Source of the DNA: Clostridia bacterium
Lineage (GTDB): Bacteria > Bacillota > Clostridia > Christensenellales > Borkfalkiaceae
Assembly: GCA_017463145.1 (NCBI GenBank)
Contig: JAFTPR010000002.1
Location: 17,334 to 81,333 of the forward strand
DNA: 64,000 nucleotides
Direction of reading: 5' to 3'
In this document: piece by piece, positions 9,210 to 19,477 of the stretch
Numbering within the stretch: the first letter of the stretch is position 1
Layout: every line of letters begins with the position of its first letter
The notes under the pieces: generated by a model
What the model was told of the DNA's origin: nothing
The model's input: only the letters and a program-made list of their open reading frames with translations
Database searches by the model: none
Translations under genes and position numbers: made by a program

Positions 9210-9899
9210 ATGCAAAGTATAATAGAAAAACAGCAAAAGTACATAACGGGAGAAAAAAAGGAATTATTCGATAAATTCCGCGCGTTGCTTCTTGCGTACA
9301 ATCAAAAATATAATCTTACTGCAATCCTTGAAGAAAAGGATATATTTTACAAGCATTTTTTAGACAGCGCAATCGGCGCAGACTTTTTCAAAGAGGGCAC
9401 AAGCGTAGCGGAGATCGGTTCAGGGGCGGGATTTCCGTCCGTGGTTTTGAAGATACTCCGTCCTGATCTTTCTTTTTCTCTTTTTGAGAGCGTTGGAAAA
9501 AAATGCGAGTTTTTACAGGCGGTTGTGGATAACTTACAGTTAAAGGAAATGTATATTTATAACTTTCGGGCAGAAGACGGCGCGAAAGATAACCGTTTTA
9601 GAGAGAAATTCGACCACGTGACCGCGCGCGCCGTGGCAAGAATGAATACGCTCAGCGAATATTGCTTGCCTTTTTGTAAGGTGGGCGGTACGTTTATTGC
9701 CTACAAAAGCGGTGATACGCAAGAAATTTTAGAAGCGAAAACGGCATATAAGATATTGGGCGCGGAGCTTGCGGATATAAAGGAATACGTTTTGCCCGAA
9801 GGATACGGAGAACGTTCTCTTGCGATTGTGAAAAAGATAAAAAACACTCCGCCGAAATATCCGCGCGGGCAGGGTAAGGAACGGAAAAGTCCGTTATAA
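9210..9899 (+). CDS. rsmG: 16S rRNA (guanine527-N7)-methyltransferase RsmG/GidB
   Basis: Motifs HFLDSA, EIGSGAGFPSVVLKI and TARAVA. Track ORF starts at 9174; the Met at 9210 (or 9201) is preferred. Confidence 0.85.
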   Translation: MQSIIEKQQKYITGEKKELFDKFRALLLAYNQKYNLTAILEEKDIFYKHFLDSAIGADFFKEGTSVAEIGSGAGFPSVVLKILRPDLSFSLFESVGKKCEFLQAVVDNLQLKEMYIYNFRAEDGAKDNRFREKFDHVTARAVARMNTLSEYCLPFCKVGGTFIAYKSGDTQEILEAKTAYKILGAELADIKEYVLPEGYGERSLAIVKKIKNTPPKYPRGQGKERKSPL

Positions 9900-9908
9900 G
9901 GAGAAAGT

Positions 9909-11111
9909 ATGAAAATAGGGTTTTCGGACGGCGAAAAAATAGGTATTTTTGCGGACGGGAAAAAAACGGTTTTTTCCAGCCGTTACATAGAAAAATATAA
10001 AGAAAACGCAATGCGTTCGGCGAAAAACAAAGAATGGAAGAAAAACACGGACTTGATGATAGAGGACGGGTATTATTTCGATTCTCCTGACGAAACGGTG
10101 ATAAGAGCGAAGGTAAAATGCGTTTCTCCTACCGTGGAAGAAAATAAAATTTTGTATGCTTTTTCCGTAAACGATACGTCGGGGATTTATTTTAAATATA
10201 CCGACGACGAAAATTATACGGAAGCGCACTATCTTTCTTCTAGCGAATATGAATTCAATTCCTTTTCCGTGCAAGAGGACGGGAAAATAATCGGCGCGGT
10301 ACAGACGGACAGTATTTGCTCGAATGTTGCAGAATTTAAAGACAACGGGGATTTTGTTTTTTTGACAGACGGGGATTCTTTCGACGAAAATCCTTCGTAC
10401 GACAAAGAGGGAAATATACTCTTCAACTCGTACCCGGTAGGCAGGGATGCGAATAATGCCTTTGTTACTTACCTTCCTTCGGAAATATGCCGTTTTCGTA
10501 AAGATACCATGCAGATAGAGGAACTTATCGTAGACGAAAAATATTCGTATATTAAGCCCATTGAGGATAAAGACGGGAATTTGTACTGTATCAGAAAGCC
10601 GGGCGTTGAAAAAAACGAAAGCAACGTATTTTTAGAAATTTTATTGATTCCTGTGCGTATCGTACAGGCAATCGTCGGGTTTATTTCCGCATTCGTAATG
10701 TGCTTTGCGAAAAAACCGATGGTAAACGGTCAGTCTGCCCGCTCCGTTGGGAACGGCGGCGACGCGGCGAAAAACGGCGCGGATATGAAAAAAATTTGGA
10801 TAAACAATACCCTTATCAACGTTGAAAAAGAAAGCAAACGGAATAGAAAATATGCAGAGCTTGGGTTTATTCCGAAAAATTGGACGCTCGTCCGCTTACA
10901 AAAAAACGAAAACGGTACGTTTGACGGTTGTAGGGAATACGAGCTTGCATTCGGCGTAGCCGATTTCGATTTAAAGGAAGAAAACGGCGGAAAATATTTG
11001 ATTTATACCAACGGAAAACGGGTGATAAAGCTGACCGATTTCGGCGATCACGGCAAAAAAGAACCGCTCTTTGATACAGATTTTTGTTTGCGGGTAAACG
11101 TATTGAGATAA
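9909..11111 (+). CDS. Hypothetical protein (one internal TM segment)
   Basis: 400-aa ORF with an AAGGAG RBS. No family recognised by eye. Confidence 0.5.
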   Translation: MKIGFSDGEKIGIFADGKKTVFSSRYIEKYKENAMRSAKNKEWKKNTDLMIEDGYYFDSPDETVIRAKVKCVSPTVEENKILYAFSVNDTSGIYFKYTDDENYTEAHYLSSSEYEFNSFSVQEDGKIIGAVQTDSICSNVAEFKDNGDFVFLTDGDSFDENPSYDKEGNILFNSYPVGRDANNAFVTYLPSEICRFRKDTMQIEELIVDEKYSYIKPIEDKDGNLYCIRKPGVEKNESNVFLEILLIPVRIVQAIVGFISAFVMCFAKKPMVNGQSARSVGNGGDAAKNGADMKKIWINNTLINVEKESKRNRKYAELGFIPKNWTLVRLQKNENGTFDGCREYELAFGVADFDLKEENGGKYLIYTNGKRVIKLTDFGDHGKKEPLFDTDFCLRVNVLR

Positions 11112-11116
11112 AAAAA

Positions 11117-11152
11117 GGACAAACGCTTAAAAAACGTTTGTCTTTTTTTTTC
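11117..11152. terminator. Bidirectional intrinsic terminator
   Basis: GACAAACG / CGTTTGTC hairpin flanked by an A-run and a T9 run, between convergent genes. Confidence 0.7.
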
Positions 11153-11188
11153 TGCTATCTTTATTGCGCCGTTTTGGATATAACGGTA

Positions 11189-12049
11189 TTATTCCTCTTC
11201 CGCGGGAGAATCTTCTTTATCCGAGGGAAGCGCCGTCTTTTTAAATTTCAAGTCTTTGGCGGGATAGTCCTTGTATATCCAGCCGCCTGTGCCGTCGTCC
11301 GCTTTGGTTTTTACGTTCATTCTGAGCATATCGAGGTTTACAACGATTGCTTTTCCGTCGGGCGTGATTACTTCCGAACCGACCTTGGGCATTTTTTTTG
11401 CGGATTCCGTGTAGTGGTCGATTTCATAACCAAGGCAACACATAAGTCTGCCGCAAAGACCGCTGATTTTCCCGGGATTAAGCGAAAGACCTTGCGTTTT
11501 TGCCATCTTTACGCTCACCTTTTTAAATTCGGGCATATTGCCTGCGCAACAGCATACTCTGCCGCACGGGGCAATGCCGCCGAGATATTTCGTTTCGTCC
11601 CTGGTACCCACTTGTCTTAATTCTATGCGCATATGGAAGGTAGAAGCAAGGTCCTTTACGAGATTGCGGAAATCGACGCGGGATGCGGCGGTGAAGAAGA
11701 AAATAATACTGTTTCCGTCGAATGCATATTCACAATCGATCAGTTTCATTTCCAAGCCGTGTTGGACTATTTTTTCTTTGCAAATTTGTATTGCTTTGGG
11801 TTTTTTCGCTTCGCAAGCGGCGTAAAAATCTTTATCCTTTTGCGTGGCGATACGGATAATGCTTTTGAGGGGTTGGACGATATCCTTTTCCTCTACTTCC
11901 CGTTCGGGATACGCTACCCAAGCGTATTCAAGCCCCCTCGACGTTTCTACGATAACGGGCATATTTCTCACGTACGTATCGCCCGCTTTGGGAGCAAAAT
12001 AATATAATTTCCCTCCGCTTTTGAATTTTATTCCTACTACTTTTACCAT
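11189..12049 (-). CDS. ricT: PSP1-domain protein YaaT/RicT
   Basis: Cys-rich motif GGIAPCGRVCCCAGNMPEF..GLCGRLMCCLGYE. Downstream of holB, as in Bacillus. Confidence 0.8.
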   Translation of the reverse strand: MVKVVGIKFKSGGKLYYFAPKAGDTYVRNMPVIVETSRGLEYAWVAYPEREVEEKDIVQPLKSIIRIATQKDKDFYAACEAKKPKAIQICKEKIVQHGLEMKLIDCEYAFDGNSIIFFFTAASRVDFRNLVKDLASTFHMRIELRQVGTRDETKYLGGIAPCGRVCCCAGNMPEFKKVSVKMAKTQGLSLNPGKISGLCGRLMCCLGYEIDHYTESAKKMPKVGSEVITPDGKAIVVNLDMLRMNVKTKADDGTGGWIYKDYPAKDLKFKKTALPSDKEDSPAEEE

Positions 12050-12059
12050 ACTTTTACCT

Positions 12060-13043
12060 TTATTTTACGTTTTGGATTTTGGAAACGAGTATTTCCAAAC
12101 ATTGCGGGAAATACGCGTTAAAGAATACTTCCTGTTCCGCTTGGGAAATGGCTTCTTGCGCGAAAACAAGGGCGCGGAGTGAATATTTGTCCGCAATTTT
12201 CATTAAATTGAGCCGTTCCGTTTTCAGGAAAATGCGTTGCTTGGTCTTTTCTCCTTTTTCCGCTTCCGTTTTGATTAAAAGCGCGTCCCGAAACAGAATA
12301 CGAAGAAGCGATAAAAGTTCCTTTTTGCGTTTTGTTTCGCCCGCTTGCTTAATAAGATTGGGGAGATTGTACCCGTCGGCAAGCGCCAAGGAAAAGGCAT
12401 CCTCAGACAGAGATTTATACGCGCCGCCTTCCAACATATTCTGCGCGCCGCCCAAGCTACCGCCTGCGCAAGCTGCGCAAAGCGCAATCTCCTCTTTTGT
12501 GCGGGTATGCGAGTAAATGCGGTTGAGCGCGGGCACTAACTCTTCTGCGGAAAAGGGCTGGATTTCCAGCTTTTTCACACGGGATAAAACCGTTTGCAAC
12601 ACGGAAAACGAGCTAGACGCGCCAAGCAGGAAATACACGCCTTGCGGTGGCTCTTCCAAAAGCTTTAAAAGCTTGTTTTGCGCTTGTGGCGTAGCGTCGG
12701 AAAAATCCGTTATAACAAAGAGTTTTTCGTTCCCCTCTACGGGTTTTAACGCGCACTCTTCTGCAAGCTTGTCCGCATCCTCCACGACGAATTTTTTCCC
12801 CGATTCGGGATAAAAAAGACAGTCGGAAAAATGTTCCTCGTCTATAAGCTCGGCAATTCTTTGCTGTTTTTGAGAGAGATTTTCTCCGTCGCAACCGAAA
12901 AAAGGCTTTGCAAACAGCTTTGCCGTTTCTCGCAAATTTTTCGTATCGTCGCAAAGCAAAAGATACGCGTGGGCAAGTTTATTCGAGAGTTTTTCCGCTT
13001 GCAACAGCTTATACGCTTGCGTATTTTTCATCAGCGTTTGCAT
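12060..13043 (-). CDS. holB: DNA polymerase III delta' subunit
   Basis: N-terminal LSNKLAHAYLL, LLKLLEEPP box, 327 aa, holB-yaaT synteny. Confidence 0.8.
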   Translation of the reverse strand: MQTLMKNTQAYKLLQAEKLSNKLAHAYLLLCDDTKNLRETAKLFAKPFFGCDGENLSQKQQRIAELIDEEHFSDCLFYPESGKKFVVEDADKLAEECALKPVEGNEKLFVITDFSDATPQAQNKLLKLLEEPPQGVYFLLGASSSFSVLQTVLSRVKKLEIQPFSAEELVPALNRIYSHTRTKEEIALCAACAGGSLGGAQNMLEGGAYKSLSEDAFSLALADGYNLPNLIKQAGETKRKKELLSLLRILFRDALLIKTEAEKGEKTKQRIFLKTERLNLMKIADKYSLRALVFAQEAISQAEQEVFFNAYFPQCLEILVSKIQNVK

Positions 13044-13116
13044 ACGAACCCCTCCTTTTTTGCTTGCCTACATACTATTATAGCACGTTCTTACAAAAAA
13101 AGCAAGTTCCACACGC

Positions 13117-13145
13117 TTGACTTTTTACGGATTTTCCACTATAAT
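13117..13145 (+). promoter_or_regulatory. Sigma-A-type promoter for the DeoR regulator
   Basis: TTGACT (13117-13122), 17-nt spacer, TATAAT (13140-13145). Confidence 0.5.
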
Positions 13146-13185
13146 AAAACAAAATTCTCAACAATTCTCAAAAAAGGAAAAGCAT

Positions 13186-13935
13186 ATGTATCAAAAGGAG
13201 CGTTTGGATAGCATTATGGAGATTGTGGAGCGGTACGGCTACGTGACGGTGAAATACCTCGTTTCCGCCCTGCATTATTCCAATGCAACGATCAATCGGG
13301 ATTTGAACGTATTGGAGGGACAAAAGCGGTTAAAACGGAGCTACGGCGGCGTGGAGATTGTACGGGAAGAGGAAGTTCCCCTGCCGTTCCGCTATCATAA
13401 AATGCGCATAGAAAAATTGAAGATAGGCAAAAAAGCGTGTGAGTTTGTTTGCGACGGCGACACGGTTTTTATCGACGGCGCAACGACGACGGAATATATG
13501 ACGGAATTTCTCACGGAGAAAAAGGATATCACGGTGATTACAAATAACGTCGCGCTTGTGACGCACCTTTCCGAATATAACGTACGGGTAATTTGTTTGG
13601 GTGGGGAAATGATAGAGCCGCCCTGTATGCTCGGCGGGGAGGACACCGTGCTTGCGGCAAGCCGATACCACGTGGATAAAATGTTTTTTTCAACGGGCTG
13701 CGCCACGGTGGACGGCAGAATCGGCGAAGGCGCGCGGTATTATTTGCTGTATACGGTGATGGCGAACAACGCCAGGGAAGTGTACTTTCTTGCCGACCAC
13801 GAAAAATTCGAGCGGCAGATGGGCAACAGACGGTATTTATTTGATTTCGACAAGGTGACGGCGGTAATCAGCGATTACGATTTCGACGAGGATATACAAA
13901 AAAAATATACAAAAACGAAATTTGTTAAAGTATAA
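13186..13935 (+). CDS. DeoR/GlpR-family transcriptional regulator
   Basis: N-terminal HTH (ERLDSIMEIVERYGYVTVKYLVSALHYSNATINRDLNVLE) plus a DeoR C-terminal sensor-like domain. Confidence 0.8.
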   Translation: MYQKERLDSIMEIVERYGYVTVKYLVSALHYSNATINRDLNVLEGQKRLKRSYGGVEIVREEEVPLPFRYHKMRIEKLKIGKKACEFVCDGDTVFIDGATTTEYMTEFLTEKKDITVITNNVALVTHLSEYNVRVICLGGEMIEPPCMLGGEDTVLAASRYHVDKMFFSTGCATVDGRIGEGARYYLLYTVMANNAREVYFLADHEKFERQMGNRRYLFDFDKVTAVISDYDFDEDIQKKYTKTKFVKV

Positions 13936-14068
13936 AAACGTTCCATATTGTTATTTTTATATATAAGGTAGGGCGGCAAAACGCTTTACTTTTTCAAAAC
14001 GGCGTGATATAATAATAAAGGTATAGCGGGCTTGTTTTCCGCTGTTGATAAGAAAGGAGAAGGTTTTT

Positions 14069-14917
14069 ATGGAAGGAAACGTTCAGGCGCGCGGGGAAAT
14101 AAGCCTTGCCGAAATTTTCAGGATTTTGTTCAGAAAAATCAAGGTCCTGCTGATTACGCTCTTAATCGGCGTGGTTATCGGTGCTACGCTCGGCGTGGTT
14201 ACGACGGTGAATACCGATTATTACGGTACGTCGGCAGAATTTTACGTCAACCCCAAAAAGACGGAAGAGGGTACTACGGAAAATGACAGTCAATACGGCG
14301 TTTACGGCGCGTATGGCAGACACGTTATGGATAATATCGTCAAGCTTTTAAGCTCCGATTTCTTTGCGGAACAAATCGCGCTTGTCGGTACGGAGAACAA
14401 TAACACGCCTCCCAACGGGCTTACGTTGGAACAATGGCGGCAAACGGCGAAATATAAAACGTTGGTCAACCGCATTAAAAGAAGCGTTTCATACAGCTAT
14501 TACGACGAATCCGAAGAGGACGTAGACGATTTGGCAAAGAGCTTTATCTACGTACGTATTTCCGTCCTCAACGACAAGGAATTTGCCGAAGAGTTGTTCA
14601 CAAAAGTAAGAATTGCTTTGCCCGCTTTCGTAACGGCGAATATGGCTGTTCCTACGGGTTATTCGGGTACGAACTGTATTTTTATTTCCACCCTGTCCAA
14701 GGTAAATCTTTTAAACGACGGCTACACGACGAATACGGCTGTAAAGTATGCGGTTATTCTCGGTGCGGCGGCGTTTGTGGTGGCGTGTATCGTAGTTATC
14801 GTTATAGACAGATCGGATAAACGGCTTCGTAACTACGAAGAAGCAATGGCAAGAATGGGTGTACCCGTCCTCGGTGTGATCCCCTCGATCGAACAAGAAA
14901 CGGAGGCGGTAAAATGA
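14069..14917 (+). CDS. Wzz/YwqC-family polysaccharide chain-length determinant (tyrosine-kinase modulator)
   Basis: N- and C-terminal TM segments. Its stop overlaps the start of the BY-kinase gene (ATGA). RBS AAGGAGAAGG lies before the ATG at 14069. Confidence 0.7.
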   Translation: MEGNVQARGEISLAEIFRILFRKIKVLLITLLIGVVIGATLGVVTTVNTDYYGTSAEFYVNPKKTEEGTTENDSQYGVYGAYGRHVMDNIVKLLSSDFFAEQIALVGTENNNTPPNGLTLEQWRQTAKYKTLVNRIKRSVSYSYYDESEEDVDDLAKSFIYVRISVLNDKEFAEELFTKVRIALPAFVTANMAVPTGYSGTNCIFISTLSKVNLLNDGYTTNTAVKYAVILGAAAFVVACIVVIVIDRSDKRLRNYEEAMARMGVPVLGVIPSIEQETEAVK

Positions 14918-15657
14918 GTATTTTCAAGAAAACGAAAGAGCCTGTAAAAAGAAAAGAATTTTTGATTACGGACGGCAAGATGGATTTTAACATCACGGAA
15001 GCGTTCCGTAATTTCAAAGCAACTCTGTCCGTATCCATTCCCAAAAAAGCGAACGGCGAAGGTATCGTGGTAATGTTCACGTCGGCAAATCCCGGCGAAG
15101 GCAAAACGACGGTTGCCGTCAATTTGGCTTTGATGTGCGCGATTTCGGATACAAGAGTTATCCTTGTAGATGCAGACGTTAGAAAAGGTCGCGTTGGCAG
15201 ATATTTCAAGAAAAAATCCGTACCTGGTTTAACGGATTGCCTTGCGGGACAAAAAACGCTTGAAGAGGTCACGTATCACGATACGACGAACGGCAACTTC
15301 TCTTATATCACGCGCGGAACGCGTTCTCCCCGTCCTTATGAATTGTTGGAGAGCGAAGAAATGCGAAAGCTTTTGCAACAGCTCAAAAAGGAATACGATT
15401 ACGTAATTATCGACACCCCGCCCGTACCTGCGCTTTCTGACGCGCTTGCGCTTGCTTCCCAAGTAGACGGAACGGTGGTCGTATGCAGACACCGCCATAC
15501 AAACGTTGGTGAAATCGCAAAAACGTTGAATACGCTCAATTACGCCAAAGCAAACGTTCTCGGTGTGGTCGTAAACGACTATAAGGTAGAGAGTTTTAAC
15601 AAGTTTAATAAATACAACGAGTATTATAAACAGTTGGAAGAAGACAAAGGCGAATGA
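14914..15657 (+). CDS. CpsD/CapB-family tyrosine-protein kinase (BY-kinase)
   Basis: Walker A TSANPGEGKTTVAVNLA, Walker A' VILVDADVRKG, Walker B YVIIDTPP. Confidence 0.8.
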   Translation: MSIFKKTKEPVKRKEFLITDGKMDFNITEAFRNFKATLSVSIPKKANGEGIVVMFTSANPGEGKTTVAVNLALMCAISDTRVILVDADVRKGRVGRYFKKKSVPGLTDCLAGQKTLEEVTYHDTTNGNFSYITRGTRSPRPYELLESEEMRKLLQQLKKEYDYVIIDTPPVPALSDALALASQVDGTVVVCRHRHTNVGEIAKTLNTLNYAKANVLGVVVNDYKVESFNKFNKYNEYYKQLEEDKGE

Positions 15658-15675
15658 TCGGAAAAATACGGATAA

Positions 15676-15710
15676 GGCGGGAAGCGTAAGGCTTTCCGCC
15701 CTTTTGTTTG
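15676..15710 (+). terminator. Intrinsic terminator
   Basis: GGCGGGAAGC / GCTTTCCGCC hairpin followed by CTTTTGTTTG. Confidence 0.65.
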
Positions 15711-15809
15711 CCAAACGCGCAAAAAAGACGTTTTTGAGGATTCTTGTGTTTCAACGATTGCCTTGGCTAAGGCGTTTAAGAAGAAAGAAATTTGGGTAAA
15801 TAAATATAT

Positions 15810-18212
15810 ATGGAAGAAATTATGGTAAACAACGAAACAAGAACGAACGTACTGCCTGTGATTGCGCTTCGCGGGAAAGTGGCTTTTCCGCGTACGACGG
15901 TAACGTTCGAGGTCGGCAGAGAAATGACGTTAAAAGCCGTGCAAAGAGCAACGGCAAGCGAGGACAGGCTTGTTCTTATTTGTACTCAACGGGAAACGGA
16001 AAAGAACGAGATAACCCCGCGGGATTTGTACGAGGTAGGTTGCGTAGCGCGCATTAAACAGGCTTCTCAAATGCCGGGAAGCGTTGTGCGGGTATCGTGC
16101 GAGGGATTGTATCGCGCCCGCGCCCGCTCTATTAACGATACGCAGGGATATTTCAGCGCCGTGTGCGACGAGATGTTCACCGTTTTTAGCGATCCAACGC
16201 TGGAAGAGGCGCATTTTAGAACGGCAAAAGCGCTTGTGAAGGACGTGTGCGCCGTAGACGGCAAGCTTGGTAAGGAAACGCTTGCTAAGATTGAGGGTTT
16301 TCAAGACGCCGAGTCGTATATCGACGCGGCAATGTCCGTTATGCGGGTGAAGTTGGAAATCAAGCAGCGTTGCTTGGAGGAAACGAGCCTTGTAGAGCGG
16401 TTAAAGCTGTTTGAGCGTTGCTTGAACGACGAATTGGAAATTTCCAAAATCGAGAAAAAAATCACTTCCGCCGTGCGCCTAAATATCGATAAATCGCAAA
16501 AGGACTACTTTCTTAGAGAACAGCTTAAAGCTATCCATACGGAGCTTGGCGACGACGGTAAGGAAGAGGACGAATACCGTGCGAAAATCGAGGAAAAAAA
16601 TCTCCCCGAGGAGCTGAAAGCAAAGTGTCTAAAAGAAATAGACAGAATGAGCAAAATGCAAACCTCCTCTCCCGAATACACCGTCGTAACTACGTATTTA
16701 GAACAGGTCCTCTCGCTTCCGTTCACGGAAGAAACCGTCGATACGCAGGAATTGGACGCTTGTATCGAGATTTTGGAAGAGGATCATTACGGCTTGGAAA
16801 AAATCAAGGAGCGTATCACCGAATACCTTGCCGTACTGAAATTGACGGGCGATATGAAAGCCCCTATTCTTTGTTTTGTCGGTCCTCCGGGTGTGGGTAA
16901 AACGAGTATTGCCAAATCTATTGCAAGAGCGTTGAACAGAAAATTTGTGCGTATGAGCCTGGGGGGTGTACGCGACGAAGCGGAAATCCGTGGGCATAGA
17001 CGTACCTATATCGGCGCAATGCCGGGACGGATTTTGTACGGTATGAAACAAGCGGGTACAATCAACCCCGTGTTCCTTTTGGACGAGATCGACAAGATGA
17101 GTATGGATATGCACGGCGACCCCGGCTCGGCTCTTTTGGAAGCGCTCGATCCCGAACAAAACGCAACGTTCAGGGATAGATATTTGGAAGCGCCGTATGA
17201 TTTGAGTAAGGTGCTGTTCGTCACGACGGCAAACTCCCTCGACACGATTCCCGCGCCCTTACGCGACAGAATGGAAATTATCGAGGTTTCGGGTTATACG
17301 CTTGAAGAAAAAACGGAAATTGCCAAACGGTATCTTTTGCCCAAACAGCTCAAAGCCAACGGCTTGACGGCGAAAAACGTCGAGATTGGCGATACGGCGT
17401 ACCGATTTATTATCGAAGGCTATACGCGGGAAGCGGGCGTTAGAACGTTGGAACGCACAATCGGTTCGGTATGTAGAAAAATAGCGGTGAAGCACGCGAA
17501 AAACGCGGCTACACGTAAGGTGAAACTCACCGAAAAGGAAGTGGAAAAACTGCTCGGCGCGCCCCGTTTCACGGTAGATCAAAAGGAATTGCAGGGCGAA
17601 GTCGGCGCGGTGGTCGGGCTTGCGTGGACGGCGGTCGGCGGGACGACGCTCACCGTTGAAGCAACGGCAATGAAAGGCAAAGGCGAAATCAAGCTGACGG
17701 GTAAGCTCGGTGACGTGATGAAGGAATCTGCCCAAGCCGCCCTTTCGTACATTCGTTCGCACGCGGAAGCGTACGGTATCGATACGGATAAATTTGCGGA
17801 AACGGATTTGCATATCCACGTACCCGAGGGCGCAACGCCCAAAGACGGGCCGAGCGCAGGCATTACGATTGCTTCGGCGATTCTCTCCGTTTTAACAGGG
17901 AAAAAAGCGCGTGGCGACGTGGCTATGACGGGCGAGATTACGTTGCGAGGCAAGGTATTGCCCATTGGCGGTTTGAAAGAAAAAGCGCTTGCCGCAAGGC
18001 GGGTTGGTATTAAAACGGTTATCATTCCCAAAGCCAACGAAAAGGATATCGAGGAGTTCCCGCAAGTATTGAAACAGGACGTGACGTTTGTTCCCGTTTC
18101 CGCTATCGACGAGGTGTTTGCAATCGTATTTCCGAAAATGAAAGAAAAGAAAGAAAGCGTAAAGCGCTTGCCCGTGACGCTTAGCGAGGCGCAAGATAGC
18201 GTTAGATGCTAA
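15810..18212 (+). CDS. lon: ATP-dependent protease Lon
   Basis: 800 aa. Walker A GPPGVGKTS. Protease active-site region PKDGPSAGITIA. Confidence 0.9.
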   Translation: MEEIMVNNETRTNVLPVIALRGKVAFPRTTVTFEVGREMTLKAVQRATASEDRLVLICTQRETEKNEITPRDLYEVGCVARIKQASQMPGSVVRVSCEGLYRARARSINDTQGYFSAVCDEMFTVFSDPTLEEAHFRTAKALVKDVCAVDGKLGKETLAKIEGFQDAESYIDAAMSVMRVKLEIKQRCLEETSLVERLKLFERCLNDELEISKIEKKITSAVRLNIDKSQKDYFLREQLKAIHTELGDDGKEEDEYRAKIEEKNLPEELKAKCLKEIDRMSKMQTSSPEYTVVTTYLEQVLSLPFTEETVDTQELDACIEILEEDHYGLEKIKERITEYLAVLKLTGDMKAPILCFVGPPGVGKTSIAKSIARALNRKFVRMSLGGVRDEAEIRGHRRTYIGAMPGRILYGMKQAGTINPVFLLDEIDKMSMDMHGDPGSALLEALDPEQNATFRDRYLEAPYDLSKVLFVTTANSLDTIPAPLRDRMEIIEVSGYTLEEKTEIAKRYLLPKQLKANGLTAKNVEIGDTAYRFIIEGYTREAGVRTLERTIGSVCRKIAVKHAKNAATRKVKLTEKEVEKLLGAPRFTVDQKELQGEVGAVVGLAWTAVGGTTLTVEATAMKGKGEIKLTGKLGDVMKESAQAALSYIRSHAEAYGIDTDKFAETDLHIHVPEGATPKDGPSAGITIASAILSVLTGKKARGDVAMTGEITLRGKVLPIGGLKEKALAARRVGIKTVIIPKANEKDIEEFPQVLKQDVTFVPVSAIDEVFAIVFPKMKEKKESVKRLPVTLSEAQDSVRC

Positions 18213-18224
18213 AAGGAGGCTACC

Positions 18225-18884
18225 GTGTACGAAACGAACGATAAAAAACCGCCTGCATTGACCATTAAAAACGCAACGTTTATCACCTCTGCCGCCAAGG
18301 CGGAGCAGTTCATTAAGCCTAATAAGCCTATGATTGCGGTTTGCGGAAAATCGAACGTGGGAAAAAGCTCGTTTATCAATATGCTTGCGGGCAGAAAAAA
18401 GCTCGCCAAAACAAGTAGCGAACCAGGCAGAACGAGGCTTGTCAATTATTTCGATTTCGGCGAGTTTATCCTTGCCGATCTTCCTGGGTACGGGTTTGCC
18501 AAAGTTTCCAAAGCGGAAAAGGCGAAGTGGGCGCAAACGCTCGATAAATTCTTTGCGCAAAAGGAAAATATATCGCACGTGTTTATGCTTGTGGATGCGC
18601 GGCACGACCCTACCGAGGACGACGTGCAAATGATGCAGTTTTTGCATTACCACACCCTCCCGTTCACGGTCACGCTGACCAAGGCGGATAAACTTTCGAG
18701 AATGAAGCTCAAAGAACATATCAAGGCGATTGCAGCGGATTTGTACTTAGGGGTGGAGAATCTGCTTGCGACGAGCGCGGAAACGAATTACGGCAAAAAC
18801 GACGTGCTGGCGAAAATAAAATCCGTGATAGAAGTTGCAGAAGAACCCGAATATATCGACGAGAACGAGGACGAAGAAGTATGA
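18225..18884 (+). CDS. engB: Ribosome-biogenesis GTPase EngB/YsxC
   Basis: GTG start with an AAAGGAGG RBS. G1 motif GKSNVGKSS. lon-ysxC synteny as in Bacillus. Confidence 0.85.
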   Translation: MYETNDKKPPALTIKNATFITSAAKAEQFIKPNKPMIAVCGKSNVGKSSFINMLAGRKKLAKTSSEPGRTRLVNYFDFGEFILADLPGYGFAKVSKAEKAKWAQTLDKFFAQKENISHVFMLVDARHDPTEDDVQMMQFLHYHTLPFTVTLTKADKLSRMKLKEHIKAIAADLYLGVENLLATSAETNYGKNDVLAKIKSVIEVAEEPEYIDENEDEEV

Positions 18885-19477
18885 ACGAGTTTTTAGGGCA
18901 ATGGTACGGTATTTTGACGTTTGCGCTCGTAGATGCGCTGGCGCTTCTTGTAATCGTATGTTTGACCTACCGTTGGTTTTTCAAGCGGGTGTTCGACGTA
19001 CTTGTATCCGCCGTATGCTTGCTTGTTTTATCCCCGCTGTTTTTGACCGTGTTTTTGAAAGGTACGGCGGCGAAAAAACGGGGCGAAACGGAAAAACTCG
19101 TACAATCGGACGAATACGTATGTAAAAAGGGCAGAGTGAAGGATTTGCACTTGTTTGCTATCCCCGAGGGAAAATACGGCGAATGGTTGAAGCGCACGAA
19201 GCTGTATGCCATTTTGCGTTTGTGGGACGTGTTTTGCGGGCGAATGAGTATCGTTGGGGCAACGCCGTTTACCGAAAGCGATTGCGAGGGGTTGACGGAC
19301 GTACAAATGGATAGATTTTTGGCAAAGCCGGGATTGATAGACCCGCTGTACAAGCGAGAGCAGGCAGAAAAAGAAGAAGCGTTGCTTTCCGATCAAAAAT
19401 ACGCTTGGCAATACGCCTTTTTTCTCGATTGTAAAATATTTTTTTCGTGGCTATTGCATAAGATCCGCGGAGAGTAA
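18881..19477 (+). CDS. Divergent bacterial sugar-transferase-like membrane protein
   Basis: N-terminal KRVFDVLVSAVCLLVLSPLF and a late GRMSIVGATPF resemble the Bac_transf family. The central KFRTM-type motif is not evident. Confidence 0.5.
   Translation: MNEFLGQWYGILTFALVDALALLVIVCLTYRWFFKRVFDVLVSAVCLLVLSPLFLTVFLKGTAAKKRGETEKLVQSDEYVCKKGRVKDLHLFAIPEGKYGEWLKRTKLYAILRLWDVFCGRMSIVGATPFTESDCEGLTDVQMDRFLAKPGLIDPLYKREQAEKEEALLSDQKYAWQYAFFLDCKIFFSWLLHKIRGE

Noticed and set aside
9194-9212. Leaderless rsmG mRNA (extended -10 TGGTATAAT only ~8 nt before the ATG at 9210)
   Set aside because: Plausible but unsupported. Alternative in-frame starts (9174, 9201) and alternative promoters cannot be excluded from sequence alone.
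15711-15809. CIRCE (HrcA) or CtsR operator upstream of lon (also looked upstream of tig/clpP)
   Set aside because: No TTAGCACTC-N9-GAGTGCTAA and no GGTCAAA direct repeat was found by eye.
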